From the NCBI RefSeq assembly GCF_030144855.1, contig NC_082734.1, positions 21,638,001 to 21,702,000 on the forward strand: DNA of 64,000 nucleotides, given 5' to 3'. The notes beneath the pieces were generated by a model that worked only from the letters and a program-made list of their open reading frames with translations, was not told the origin of the DNA and did not search any database. The position numbers and the translations under genes were made by a program. Below, piece after piece: positions 1-11,219 of this stretch. The DNA is from Hypanus sabinus (lineage: Eukaryota). Each line of letters begins with the position of its first letter. Position 1 is the stretch's first letter.

Positions 1-180
1 CTCACTGTAACATCGATACTCCCTACACTGATTGTAACACTGATACCCCACCCCACCCCCCACTGTAACACTGATACTCCCCGTAAAACTCACTTTGTCA
101 CTGACACACACCTAACACTGGTACCCCCCACCCCTCACCAGAACACTAATGCCCACCCACACCCCTCACCGTAACCCGGG
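1..180. repeat. Degenerate short tandem repeat (CTCACTGTAACACTGATACCCC-like units)
   Basis: Repeated 'cactgtaacactgatac' variants spaced about 25-30 nt apart; runs off the window start. Confidence 0.7.
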
Positions 181-747
181 TACCTGATTTCCCACTCATG
201 GTGATTTTGACCCGCCCTCACAGTTTCAGTGGGATTCTGTAGTCTCCTACTACACTGCTTATTGCAGGAAGGAATGGTCCTGCCTCCCTCCCACATTCGG
301 ACCAAACTCCCTACCCCAGCCCAAATTTCCTTCCCCAGACCCTATTCCGCTCTCTGTCGACGCTCCAATATCGCGAATTAACTAACGCCACCCCAGATGA
401 TTTTGCACTAATGCTAATTATGGTTTCTCTGAAATTTATAACCTCTCTGTAATATTTGTATAAATTTTTTTTTGTTGCTGGGAATGTAACCGATCATGGA
501 ATCAAATAATGTATGAAGTAAAATTTAAATTGAGATAAAGCATCGCCAAGATTTCAGTAATTTGTCCTCCCCCTCCCCACCCACCCTTGGGGAGCAGGAG
601 AGGAACACATCACCTGCCCCCACCTTCTGGGACCAGATTTCAGACACACAGTCCCCTCCCCAACTGAGAACTGGGCTTCGGGTTCACAGTCCTCTCCCCC
701 CGCCTCATGACCAGGTGGCAGATACACAACCAGATGATCATTGAGAG

Positions 748-753
748 TTTATT
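748..753 (-). terminator. Candidate poly(A) signal of HCFC1R1-like gene
   Basis: tttatt = AATAAA on minus strand, about 40 nt after the TGA at 792-794. Confidence 0.6.
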
Positions 754-791
754 TCTGACGTGGGTCAGCCCCCAACCCTGCCACCCTCTGG

Positions 792-960
792 TCAGACGTC
801 CATGTCCTCCTCGGCTGCCCTTCTCTCCTGGTTCCTCGGGGTGGTGGGAGTGGTGACCCTTGTCTCGCTGTCAGACAGACCGAGGCTGAGGGACCGTATT
901 GCTCGATGGACCGAGTGTCCCGGGGGCTGCCACAGCAACAGCTCCATACAGGGGTGGTTC
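792..960 (-). CDS. HCFC1R1: HCFC1R1-like, last coding exon (exon 5)
   Basis: AG at 961-962, phase 2. Encodes NHPCMELLLWQPPGHSVHRAIRSLSLGLSDSETRVTTPTTPRNQERRAAEEDMDV*, resembling HPIP 'PCSELLLWRYPG' and its acidic C-terminus. Confidence 0.85.
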
Positions 961-1359
961 CTGGCGGAGTGAAGACACGGGGGTCAGTGGGCTCTGGATC
1001 AGTCCCTCCTCGTTGGCCCTTCCTTCCCTCGCTCCTTGCTGCCTCTCGCCCTCGGGTAACCCCTCCTTCCCCTTGCTCCTGATAGTCCGCCCCCTTCTGT
1101 CCCTCCCACCTGCCTCCATTTTCGCTAGCCCAGCCCCTCCCACCCTCCATCCTCTCACTCAGTTTATTGTAGTAGGGAAAGGAAGGGGTGGGAGGTCGCT
1201 GTCTTGCCTAGTCTCTCTCAATTTCTCTCCTTGTATCTCTATCCCTTTCCCCCCTCTCCCCATCCCCTCATTGCCCCTCTACCTCTAACAATGTCCCTCG
1301 CTCCCTCCTCGACTGCTCCCTCACTGACCCTGGGGTCGGGGAAGGTGGTAGTCACTCAC

Positions 1360-1518
1360 AGGGAATGCAGAACCTCTGGGGGGAGGATTTCCACAGGACG
1401 GCTCAGCTCGAGCTGCAGATCAGGGGAGAGAACGAGGACCCGACTGTCGCTCATGTCAAACATCCCGTCCAGCTCCACGTCCTTGTCCAGCGCGTCGTCC
1501 TCCAGCTCTGTCCCGAGC
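1360..1518 (-). CDS. HCFC1R1: HCFC1R1-like coding exon 4
   Basis: 159 nt, phase 2/2, cccag acceptor and gtgagt donor. Encodes LGTELEDDALDKDVELDGMFDMSDSRVLVLSPDLQLELSRPVEILPPEVLHSL, in frame with both neighbours. Confidence 0.8.
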
Positions 1519-1535
1519 CTGGGGGGTTGATGGAG

Positions 1536-1890
1536 CAGACACAGAATGAGAAGCCCCCTACTGCATCCCATCACACATTCCCAGATCAGACAGGGTGAAG
1601 CTCCCTCCACACCGTCCCATCACACACTCCTGGGGTCAGACACAGGGTGAAGCTCCCTCCACAGCATCCCAAAACACACTCCCGGGGTCAGACACTGTAA
1701 AGCTCCCTCCACAGTGTCCTATCACACACTCCTGAGGTCAGACACAGGGTGAAGCTCCTTCCACATCGTCCCATCACACCCTCCTGGGGTCAGACACAGG
1801 GTGAAGCTCCTTCCACATCGTCCCATCACACCCTCCTGGGGTCAGACACAGGGTGAAGCTCCCTCCACATCATCCCATCATACATTCCCA
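1536..1890. repeat. ~54-bp satellite array filling HCFC1R1 intron 3
   Basis: About 6-7 units of GGGGTCAGACACAG(A/G)GTGAAGCTCCCTCCACACCGTCCCATCACACACTCC. Confidence 0.95.
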
Positions 1891-1898
1891 GAGTTTAC

Positions 1899-2060
1899 CT
1901 GTCCTCTGAGTCCTGGTAGCCGGCTGGGCCCCCTGCCGTTGCTTGGTTCCGGGACATAGGTAAACCGTTGGTACTGTAAACGTGGTCGTTACCCAGACTC
2001 AGGCAGGTGAATCGTTCTGCCATGGCTTCCTCTGATAAGAAGTGTTTGGGTGAGGGGCCC
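1899..2060 (-). CDS. HCFC1R1: HCFC1R1-like coding exon 3 with HCF-1-binding motif
   Basis: 162 nt, phase 2/2. Encodes GPSPKHFLSEEAMAERFTCLSLGNDHVYSTNGLP..., matching HPIP 'KQFLSEENMATHFSQLSLHNDHPY'; DHVY fits the (D/E)HxY motif. Confidence 0.9.
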
Positions 2061-2359
2061 CTGGATGGATATCAAAAGGGGAAATAAAATTTCAGTTCCC
2101 TTCTCTGTATCCTTTGGACCTGCAAGAGGAACACTATGCACAATTCCCATCTCTATCCCATAGGTTAGTACTGCTCCGGAAGCACCGTATATGTTTCTTG
2201 TCTCCAGATTCCTCTGGGTCAGACTCACACCGGGAGCAGTGTGCACAGTTCCCGGCCTGGGAGCTCTAACACCAGAAAGGGATGCACCCCCAACTTCTCA
2301 AGGGGTTGGGACTTGGCATTGAACACTGGGTGTATTTCAGAAACACATTTGTCACTTAC

Positions 2360-2416
2360 TCAGCTTCCTTTTCAAAGTGTCGCTTAACCTTCATTGTCCT
2401 CGGGCATTCGATCCTC
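2360..2416 (-). CDS. HCFC1R1: HCFC1R1-like coding exon 2
   Basis: 57 nt, phase 2/2, ctctgacag acceptor and gtaagt donor. Encodes RIECPRTMKVKRHFEKEAE (cf. HPIP 'PMSTKRRLEEEQE'). Confidence 0.8.
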
Positions 2417-2440
2417 CTGTCAGAGGGAATCGGAGAGATA

Positions 2441-4045
2441 GTCAAACCCACCTGCACCGTCCCATCACACACTCCCGGGGTTAGACACAGAGTGAAGCTC
2501 CCTCCACACCGTCCCATCACACACTCCCAGGGTCAGACACAGAGTGAAGCTCCCTCCACACCATCCCATCACACATTCCCAGGGTCAGACACAGAGTGAA
2601 GCTCCCTCCACACCATCCCATCACACACTCCAGGGGTCAGAGACAGAGTGAAGCTCCCTCTGCACCATCCCATCACACACTCCAGGGGTCAGACACAGTG
2701 AAGCTCCCTTTGCACCATCCCATCACACATTCCCAGGGTCAGACACAGAGTGAAGCTCCCTCCACACCATCCCATCACACATTCCCAGGGTCAGACACAG
2801 AGTGAAGCTCCCTCACACTATGCTATAACATACGCCCTGGGGTCAGAGACAGAGGGAAGCTCCCCCCACACCGTCCCATCACACATTCCCAGGGTCAGAC
2901 ACAGTGAAGCTCCCTCCACACCATCCCATCATACATTCCAGAGGTCAGAGACAGAGTGAAGCTCCCTCTGCACCATCCCATCACACACTCCAGGGGTCAG
3001 ACACAGAGTGAAGCTCCCTCTGCACCATCCCATCACACATTCCCAGGGTCAGACACAGAGTGAAGCTCCCTCCACACCATCCCATCACACACTCCCGGGG
3101 TCAGACACAGAGTGAATCTCCCTCCACACTGTCCCATCACACACTCCAGGGGTCAGACACAGTGAAGCTCCCTCTGCACCATCGCATCACACACTCCAGG
3201 GGTCAGACACAGTGAAGCTCCCTCTGCACCATCGCATCACACACTCCAGGGGTCAGACACAGAGTGAAGTTCCCTCCACACCGTCCCATCACACACTGCC
3301 GGGGTCAGACACAGAGTGAAGCTCCCTCTGCACCATTCCATCGCACACTCCAGGGGTCAGGCACAGAGGGGAGCTCCCTCCACACTGTCCCATGACACAC
3401 TGCTGGGGTCAGACACAGAGTGAAGTTCCCTCCACACTGTCCCATCACACTCTCCCGGGGTCAGACACAGAGTGAATCTCCCTCCACACTGTCCCATCAC
3501 ACACTCCAGGGGTCAGACACAGAGGGGAGCTCCCTCCACACCGTCCCATCACACACTCCCGGGGTCAGACATAGAGTGAAGCTCCCCCCACACCGTCCCA
3601 TCACACTCCCAGGGTCAGACACAGAGTGAAGCTCCCTCACACTATGCTATAACATACGCCCTGGGGTCAGAGACAGAGGGAAGCTCCCCCCACACCGTCC
3701 CATCACACTCACAGGGTCAGACGCAGAGTGAAGCTCCCTCACACCATACTATAACATACGCCCTGGGGTCAGAGGCAGAGGGAAGCTCCCCCCACACCGT
3801 CCCATCACACTCACAGGGTCAGACACAGAGTGAAGCTCCCTCACACCATACTATAACATACGCCCTGGGGTCAGAGACAGAGGGGAGCTCCCTCCACACC
3901 GTCCCATCACACTCACAGGGTCAGACACAGAGTGAAGCTCCCTCACACCATACTATAACATACGCCCTGGGGTCAGAGACAGAGGGGAGCTTCCTCCACA
4001 CCGTCCCATCACACACTCTGGGGGTCAGACACAGAGGGGAGCTCC
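2441..4045. repeat. ~54-bp satellite array in HCFC1R1 intron 1 (about 30 units)
   Basis: Tandem units of the same family as 1536-1890. The KLPPHHPITH-type ORFs in the track come from this array. Confidence 0.97.
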
Positions 4046-4389
4046 TTTTACTCAGTCCTATCAAGCTCGCGGATTCGAACAGAGCGCAATTCCTTCTACA
4101 CAGTGGTGACTGTCCAGTTTGGACAAATCAAATGAACAGGAAGACTGGCCACTGTTGCTGTTCATCCCAATGTCCGCAGCTGGAAGAGGGAGGGGTTACA
4201 AAGATCGGAGAAGCTGGAGGGGCTTCTGGAGCAGTCTCCATCTCTCCCATTCCCAACTCCCTGGTTCTCTTGCCCTCCAGCTTCCCTCCGTCCCTCCCAC
4301 CCACCACTCCCCATCTCCCGCATCCTTCTTCCCTTCCCCAGCAAACCCCTTTCCTCCATCTACCCATCCCTTCGCCCTCCCCCCCCCAC

Positions 4390-4590
4390 CCTCACGGACC
4401 TGGGAGGACCGAGACCTCCTCCCAGCCGACCATCTTGCCCCGCCGTCGTTGGCGACTCGTCGCCGGCGCCGCCCATCTTGCGCTCGCCCCGCCGAGGGCG
4501 GACCTCCTGCTACAGTGCCACACGGCGGCTAGAGGCGTCCCACGAGCTGATTCCAACTGCAGCGACACCTGAGGCGTGGAGGAAAGGTAA
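4390..4590. promoter_or_regulatory. Small CpG island / HCFC1R1 promoter region
   Basis: Local CpG density; two CAAGATGG (YY1-like) motifs overlap the two ATGs. Confidence 0.6.
4396..4476 (-). CDS. HCFC1R1: HCFC1R1-like coding exon 1 (two possible start/donor pairs)
   Basis: ATG 4476 with donor CAG|GTCCGT (exon end 4400; 77 nt), or ATG 4433 with donor TCC|GTGAGG (exon end 4396; 38 nt). Both are phase 2 and join exon 2 in frame. CpG-rich context. Confidence 0.7.
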
Positions 4591-7345
4591 GGCGATGGGA
4601 TGAGGATTTGAGGGAGTGGGGGAATCAGATCCAAGTTTATTATCACTGACATAGGTCCTGAAATGTGTTGTTTTGTGGCAGCAGTACAGTACAAAACACA
4701 AACAACGACTAAGTTACAAAATTAAACAAAAAGTGCGAAAGAGGAAAAGCGAGGTAGTGTTCATGGATTCTGGGACCATTTAGAAATCTGATGGTAGAGA
4801 GGAAGTTGTTCCTAAAACGTTGAGAATCGGTCTTCAGGCCTCGCCGATTCCGTCCCAGAAGGTGAGGGTCCTACGTGATGGATGCCACCTTGCAGCACAT
4901 TCTCCTGAAGATGTCCTCAATGGTGGACACATTGTGTCCATGTTGGAACTGGCTGCATCTACAACACTCTACAGTTTTTTCCAATCCTCATCACAGACAG
5001 TGATGCTTTCTGCTGTACATCTGGGAAAATGTGCCAGTCCTTGGTGAGATATGAAGGGTAAGGAAGCGGGAGAAGAGATATGGGTAGTGGAGGGAACAGG
5101 AAATATGAGTAGAACGGGGTAGATACTAGAAAGGAGAGGGGGTGGAAAACTGCATGAATTGGGGTGGTCGGCAGAAGAAGGGTGGGTGAGGAGGGAGTCC
5201 TGCAGTTGAGTCTCTCATGCTGGAAACAGCTGTGGAAAGAGGGAGGGGAGACCAGCGCGGTCCTAGAGTTCCTGCCCTATGACAGTGACCGATCCCTTCC
5301 CGACAGTGGTTCCTCCCCACTCAGCATCGCCCCTCTCCTCCCTCATTCACCATCCTAAATGAACCCCACACACACATGCACCCACAACTCCTCCCAGACC
5401 CTCTCTTCCTTGTTATCATTCCCCCTCCCTTAAACTCACCACCTCCTTGATGCCTCCTCCCCTTTCCCCTCCCTTCTCCCCTACAATCTCTCATTTCTTC
5501 CTCACTACTTTATCTTTGCCTCCTCCCCCCATTGAAAACTACAGCACAGAAGCAGACCCTTCAGCCCATCTAGTCCATGCCAAACCATTTAAACTGCCTA
5601 GGGCCATACCCCTGCCATCCACATACCTACCCAAACCTGAAGTGTTGAAATCGAGCTTGCATGCACCACTTACCCTGGCAGCTTGTCCCACATACGCACC
5701 ACCTTCTCAGTGAAGGTGTTTCTCCTCATGTTCCCCCTTATTCACCTTTCACCCTTAGCCCATGATCTCCACATGTCATCCAACATCACCACAGTGGAAA
5801 ATTCCTGCTTGCATTTACCCTATCAAAACCCCTCATAATTTTGCATACCTCTATCAAATCTTCCCTCAATCTTCTACGTTCTCAAGAATAAAGTCCTAAC
5901 CTATTCAACCTTTCCCTATAACTCAGGTCCTCAAATCCCAGCAACATCTTTGTAAATTTTCTCTGCACTCTTTCAACCTTATTTACATCATTCTTGTAGG
6001 TAGGTGACCAAAACTGCACACAATACTCCACATTAGGCCTCACCAACATCTTATACAACTTCAACATAACATCCCATCTCCTGTACTCAATACATTGATT
6101 TATGAAGGCCAATGTGCTAAAAGCTTTCTTTCGACCCTATCTACCTTTGACAGCACTTTCAAGACTTATGGACTTGTATTCCCAGATCCCTTGGTTCTAC
6201 CACACCCCCTCAGTGCCCTAATGTTCACTGTGTAAGACTTGTGCTGGTTGGTCCAATTGAAGTGCAACAGCTCACACTTGTCTGTATTAAATTCCATCTG
6301 CCATCTTTCAGTCCGTTTCTCCAGCTGGTACAGTTTTCCTGGCTGTCCACTGCACCCCCAATCCTGGCGTCATCTGCAAATTTGTTGATCTAGTTAACCA
6401 CATTATCATCTAAATTGTTGATATATATGACAGACCCAGCACCGATCCCTGCGACACTCTAGTCACAGGCGTCCATTCAGAGAGGCAACCATCTACTACT
6501 CCTCTGGCTTCTCCACAAAGTCAATGTCTAATCCAATTTACCACCTCGTCTTGAATGCCAAGCTACTGAACCTTCCATGCAGGACCTTGTCAAATCCCTT
6601 GTGAATATTCATGTGGACAATATCCACTGCCTTTCAATAATCAACTTTCTTGGTAATTTCCTTGAAAAACTCTACAAGATTGGTTAGACACAACCTAACA
6701 TGCACAAAGTCATACTGACCATCCCTAAATAATCCCTGTCTATCCGAATACTCACATCCGGTCCCTTAGAATATCTTCCAATAACTTTCCCAATGACGTC
6801 AGGCTCACTGCCCTATAATTTCCTGGTTTATTTTTACAGCCTTTCATAAACAGTGGAACATTAGCTAGCCAATGATCCTCCAGTACCTTATCTGTCACTA
6901 AAGATGATTTAAATATTTCTGCTGAGGCCCAAGTGTTTCTGCATTTGCCTCCCACAGGGTCTGAGGGAACACCTTATCAGGTCCTAGGGATTTATTTACC
7001 CTAATTTGCCCCAAGACAGCAAACACCTCCTCCTCTGTAATCTCTCCATGACCTCACTGCTTCTTTGCCTCACTTCTGTAGACCCTGTGTCCATCTCCAG
7101 AGTGAACACAGATGCAATAAAAATCCAGTTAAGATCTCCCCCATTTCTTTTGGATCTGCACATGGGTTACCATTCTGATCTTCCAGAGGACCAATTTTGT
7201 CCCTTGCAATCCTTTTGCTCTTAACATATCTATAGAATCCCTTAGGATTCTCCTTCACCTTCTCTGTAGGGCAACCTTATGCCTTCTTTTAGCCCTCCTG
7301 ATTTGTTTCTTTAGTGTTCCCTTGCATTTCATATACTCCATTAAG

Positions 7346-7638
7346 CACCTCATTTGTTCCTCCCTACCTATACCTGCTCTCCACCTCATTTGTTCCTCCC
7401 TACCTATACCTGCTCTCCACCTCATTTCTTCCTCCCTACCTATACCTGCACTCCACCTCATTTGTTCCTCCCTACCTATACCTGCTCTCCAACCTCATTT
7501 CTTCCTCCCTACCTATACCTGCTCTCCAACCTCATTTCTTCCTCCCTACCTATACCTGCTCTCTACCTCATTTCTTCCTCCCTACCTATACCTGCTCTCC
7601 ACCTCATTTCTTCCTACCTACCTATAAGGCTCTCCACC
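7346..7638. repeat. 36-bp tandem repeat (about 8 copies) inside CR1 ORF2
   Basis: Unit CACCTCATTT(G/C)TTCCTCCCTACCTATACCTGCTCTC; 12-aa periodic ORFs (HLICSSLPIPAL). Confidence 0.95.
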
Positions 7639-8193
7639 TCCTTTTGTTCCTTTACCAGGGCCTCAACATCTCTCAAAAACCAAGGTTCCCTAAACCTGTT
7701 ATCTTTACCTTTTATTCTGACAGGCACATACAAGCTTTGTACTCTCAAAATTTCCCCTTTGCCAGAAAACAGCCTGATCCAATCCACACTGCCTGATCCT
7801 TTCTGATACAATCAAAATTGGCCTTTCTCCAATTTAGAATCTCGACCTGCAGACCAGACCTATCTTTTTGCATATTTACTTTGAAACTAAAGGCAACACG
7901 GTCACTAGACGCAAAGTGTTCCCATACGCAAGCTTCTGTCACCTGCCCTAAAGGCAGACCGAGTACCACACTCTCCCCAGTTCGGACTTCTGCATACTGA
8001 TTAAGGAAACTTTCCTGAATACATTGACAAACTATCCCATCTAGTCCTTTTACAGCATGGGAGTCCCAGTCAATATGTGGAAAGTTAAAAATACCAACTA
8101 TAATAAATTTATTTCTTGCAACAGTCTGTGATCTCTACAGATTTCTTTCCCTAAATCCCATGGACTATAATATAGCCCCATTAACGTGGTCAT

Positions 8194-8572
8194 CTATCCT
8201 TCGGGTAGATGGAGCTCGTCAGCCTGGGAAGGCAGTCCATCTAAGAGAGGGAAACCTCTGATTTCAAACCTCTGCTGCCATACCCACTCATGAGAAAGGC
8301 TTCAGGAGTAAACCCTGAGGACAAATTCGGAGCTGGAGTCCCTAAGGCAGTCCAACATTGCCTTCAACCTCGTTCTGGCAACCCCTGCAACGTCACTGGT
8401 GCCAAGCTGTTTCGGCCCTTGCCCTTCCCTTGGACAACATCGGTATCATGGGAGAGGGGAGACATGCTGAATGGGCAACTGCCAGTCTTCCATACAATCT
8501 TCCCAGGCCTGTGCTCTGGAGAGGACTTTCCAGGTGCAGACCCAAGGTCTCGTGAGACTAACGGATGCTGCC
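8194..8572 (+). mobile_element. Short non-autonomous retroposon (RTE-like ends) inserted in CR1
   Basis: 11-bp TSD AAC(G/A)TGGTCAT at 8183-8193 and 8573-8583. GGAAACCTCTGATTTCAAACC resembles RTE 5' UTRs. Confidence 0.7.
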
Positions 8573-10276
8573 AACATGGTCATACCTTTCTTATTCCTAA
8601 GTTCCTCATAAAGCCTCACTAGACAACTTCTCCAGTCTCTCCCAACAGAGCACTGCCATGACATTTTCCCTGACTAGTAATGCCACCCTCCTGCTCTGTT
8701 GTGTCAAAAACAACTCAACTCGAAGCTGCCAGTCCCACTCCTCCTGTAACCAAGCGTCACTAATGGCCACAGTATCATTAATCCATGTGCTGATCCATGC
8801 CCTGAGCTCATCTGCCTTTCCTACGACACTTCTTGCATTGAAACATATGCATCTCAACCTTAGTCCCTCTGTGCTCAACCTTTTGATTCCTGAGGTCCAC
8901 AACCACTCCACCATCAGTTCTAGCACTCTGGATCCCATCCTCTGCAACTCCAGTATAAACACCCCTCCTCCAACCCCCACCGTGCAGCAGTAGCAACCCT
9001 TCCCAATAGGATTGCTAGTCCCCCTCCAGTTCAGGTGCAACCCATCTCTTCTGCCCTTCAGTGTAGGTCCCACCTTCTCTGGAAATCAGCCTAATGATCC
9101 AAAATCAAATGCCCTCCCTCCTACACCAACCCCTTAGTCACGTATTAAACTGTATAATCTTCCTTTCTCTGGCCTCACTAGCACATAGCATAGGTAGCAA
9201 TCTTGAGATCACAACCCTGGAGGTCCTGTCCTTTAACTTAGCACCTAACTCTCTCAACTCACTTTGCAAAACCTCGTCACTCTTTCTACCTAAGTTATTG
9301 GTACCTACATGGACCACGACCTCTGGGTGTTCACCCTCTTACTTAGGAATGCTGAGGACGTGACCTGAGAAGTCCCAGACTCTGGCAACCTGGAGGAATC
9401 TCGTTCCACAGAAGCTCCTCTTTGTTCCCCTAACGAATCCCCTATCACCACAGCTCATCTCTTTTTCCCCCTTCCTAACTGAGTCACAGAGCCAGACTCA
9501 GTGCCAGAGACCTGACCAGTGATTTTCCACTGCTAGGTCATTACCCCCACGACAGTATCCAAAGTGGTACACCTGTTATTGAGGGGGTTGGCCACTTTGC
9601 ACTGGCTGTTTAATCCTTTCTCCTTCCTGACAGCCACACAGTTTCGTGTGTCCTGCACCTTGGGTGTAACTACCTCTCTCTCTGTATCCTATCTATCATC
9701 CCCTCAGGCTCCCAAATGATCTGAAGTTCATCAAGTTCCAACTCTAACTACTTAACACAGATTGTTAGAAGCTGCAGCAGGTAGAGTTGTCAGGAACACT
9801 AAAGGTCTTCCTGTCTTCCCGCATCCTGCAAAAGGAGCATTCCACTATCCTGGCTGGCGCTCTACTGTTCTAACTGTGCAAATATAAAAAATAAACTGAA
9901 AAAAATCGCCTTCTCTCACGTGAGCCTTTCTGCACTGAAGCTTAGAAGAGCTTGAGCCACAAATAACCACTCTTAACACTGTCCGCTTCAACAAAGCCAC
10001 TCCACTTGCTCCCGCTTTATTTTCAATTACTCTTGCCAACCAATCCTCATGGCAGATTGGCCAGTGTTCAAACACCAAACTGCCACAAAGTGATGCCTTA
10101 TATAATTGGCAAACCTGAGTGAGCTACGTCTTCTCATGCCTCTGATCGTTGATTGCCTCCTTTCATCTCTCCCTCCTCCCCCCTCTGCCGGCATGGTTGT
10201 GGACAGATGAGTGTCTGAGATTGTCCTGAGAGCAACTGAACTCAGAGACACGACGGTGCTGACAGAAATTGACATT

Positions 10277-10282
10277 TTTATT
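10277..10282 (-). terminator. Candidate THOC6 poly(A) signal
   Basis: AATAAA on minus strand about 450 nt after the stop codon. Confidence 0.65.
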
Positions 10283-10730
10283 CCCAGACTGGAGAGCTCA
10301 AGCATACGGTTCCATAGTGCCCTCACCTCGGCATCTGGGAGAGGGAGATTCCAGTCTGTGTAGTGTCCAGGGAAGGGAGATTCCCACCCCTCAGGATCAG
10401 ACAGATTCCCATCCATGGGATTCCCTGAGTGCGAGACTGCGGATGGAGAACTGGGAACGGGAGACTCCCGATCCTGAGGTCAGAAGAGGACACTCCTCAC
10501 ACTCCTTCAACAAAGGGGAAATTTAGAAAATGGTCCAGGAAGAGAGAGCCGGCCCGCTCCTGCATTCCTGCAGCTCTGTTCCCTTGGGAGGGCGATGGGA
10601 CTGGTTCAGCTGTCCCGCAGGGGAGGGAGGGGTTGGAGAGGATCTCTGTAGTCCAAGGCAGATCCCGGAGAATGGGCAGGAGAGTGAAGGAGCCAAGATC
10701 CGAGCCAGCACACAGCCTCCCCACCACAGG

Positions 10731-10814
10731 TCAGGAGAACCTCAGCGAGAAGGCACGGTATCCGAAGTTGGTGAAGATGTCGATGGAGCTGCTGCTACCA
10801 GCAGCAGCCAGGAC
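10731..10814 (-). CDS. THOC6: THOC6 exon 13 (last)
   Basis: VLAAAGSSSSIDIFTNFGYRAFSLRFS*, matching the THOC6 C-terminus 'VDVFTNLGYRAFSLSF'. Confidence 0.95.
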   Translation of the reverse strand, partial: VLAAAGSSSSIDIFTNFGYRAFSLRFS

Positions 10815-11027
10815 CTGTGGGGATGACAGCAAGACACAGTGACAAACTGTCCTCAACACTCACCACCGCCAGGATAGAGTTACAACCCCAACCCCTACCG
10901 GGACACAGCGTCGCAACATTACCACCCCCGGGTCACAGTGACACTCCTACCCCTCTCCCACCTCAGGACCTGGTGATGGACACACTGTTCCCCCTTTCCC
11001 CACAGCCCCGCGGCGGCGCTCCCTGAC

Positions 11028-11156
11028 CTTGTGCTCGAGAGACTGCTCGTTGACCAACAGGGAGTAGACGGTGGGGGGAGTGCAGGGCACCTGGCTCTTC
11101 ACCTCCCCGGTGATCTGACAGTGGCTGATGAGGCCTCCTTCCCCCGCTGCCAGGAT
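11028..11156 (-). CDS. THOC6: THOC6 exon 12
   Basis: 129 nt, ILAAGEGGLISHCQITGEVKSQVPCTPPTVYSLLVNEQSLEHK; AG/GT flanks. Confidence 0.93.
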
Positions 11157-11219
11157 CTAGGCCACGAGGAGAGAGCGTGAGTTGTCCTCAGAACCTATTT
11201 GACTACCCAGCATCACGTC

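Larger units (their letters stand above)
5530..9900 (-). mobile_element. Near full-length degenerate CR1 LINE (ORF1 SGNH esterase, ORF2 endonuclease-RT)
   Basis: Minus-strand remnants VVHVGTNN and DGLHLN (ORF1 esterase), CICFNARSV (endonuclease start), KPGNYRAVSLTS, LYKMLVRPNVEYCVQFWSP (RT C-terminus); CR1-type 3' tail near 5530. Many stops and frameshifts. Confidence 0.9.

Noticed and set aside
200-560. 3' UTR of a convergent plus-strand gene
   Set aside because: AT-rich and UTR-like, but no canonical poly(A) signal or coding exon is visible within the window.
749-1288. Overlapping long ORFs in the track
   Set aside because: Products of C/T-rich intron sequence. The real exon (792-960) is in a frame the track does not list.
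1536-4045. Regular repeat array resembling CRISPR, with repetitive ORFs
   Set aside because: Units are contiguous with no unique spacers, there are no cas genes, and the array is intronic in a vertebrate gene. It is a satellite.
10027-10842. ORFs of 129 aa and 137 aa as a separate gene
   Set aside because: They overlap the THOC6 last exon and 3' UTR, with no recognisable domain or splice structure.
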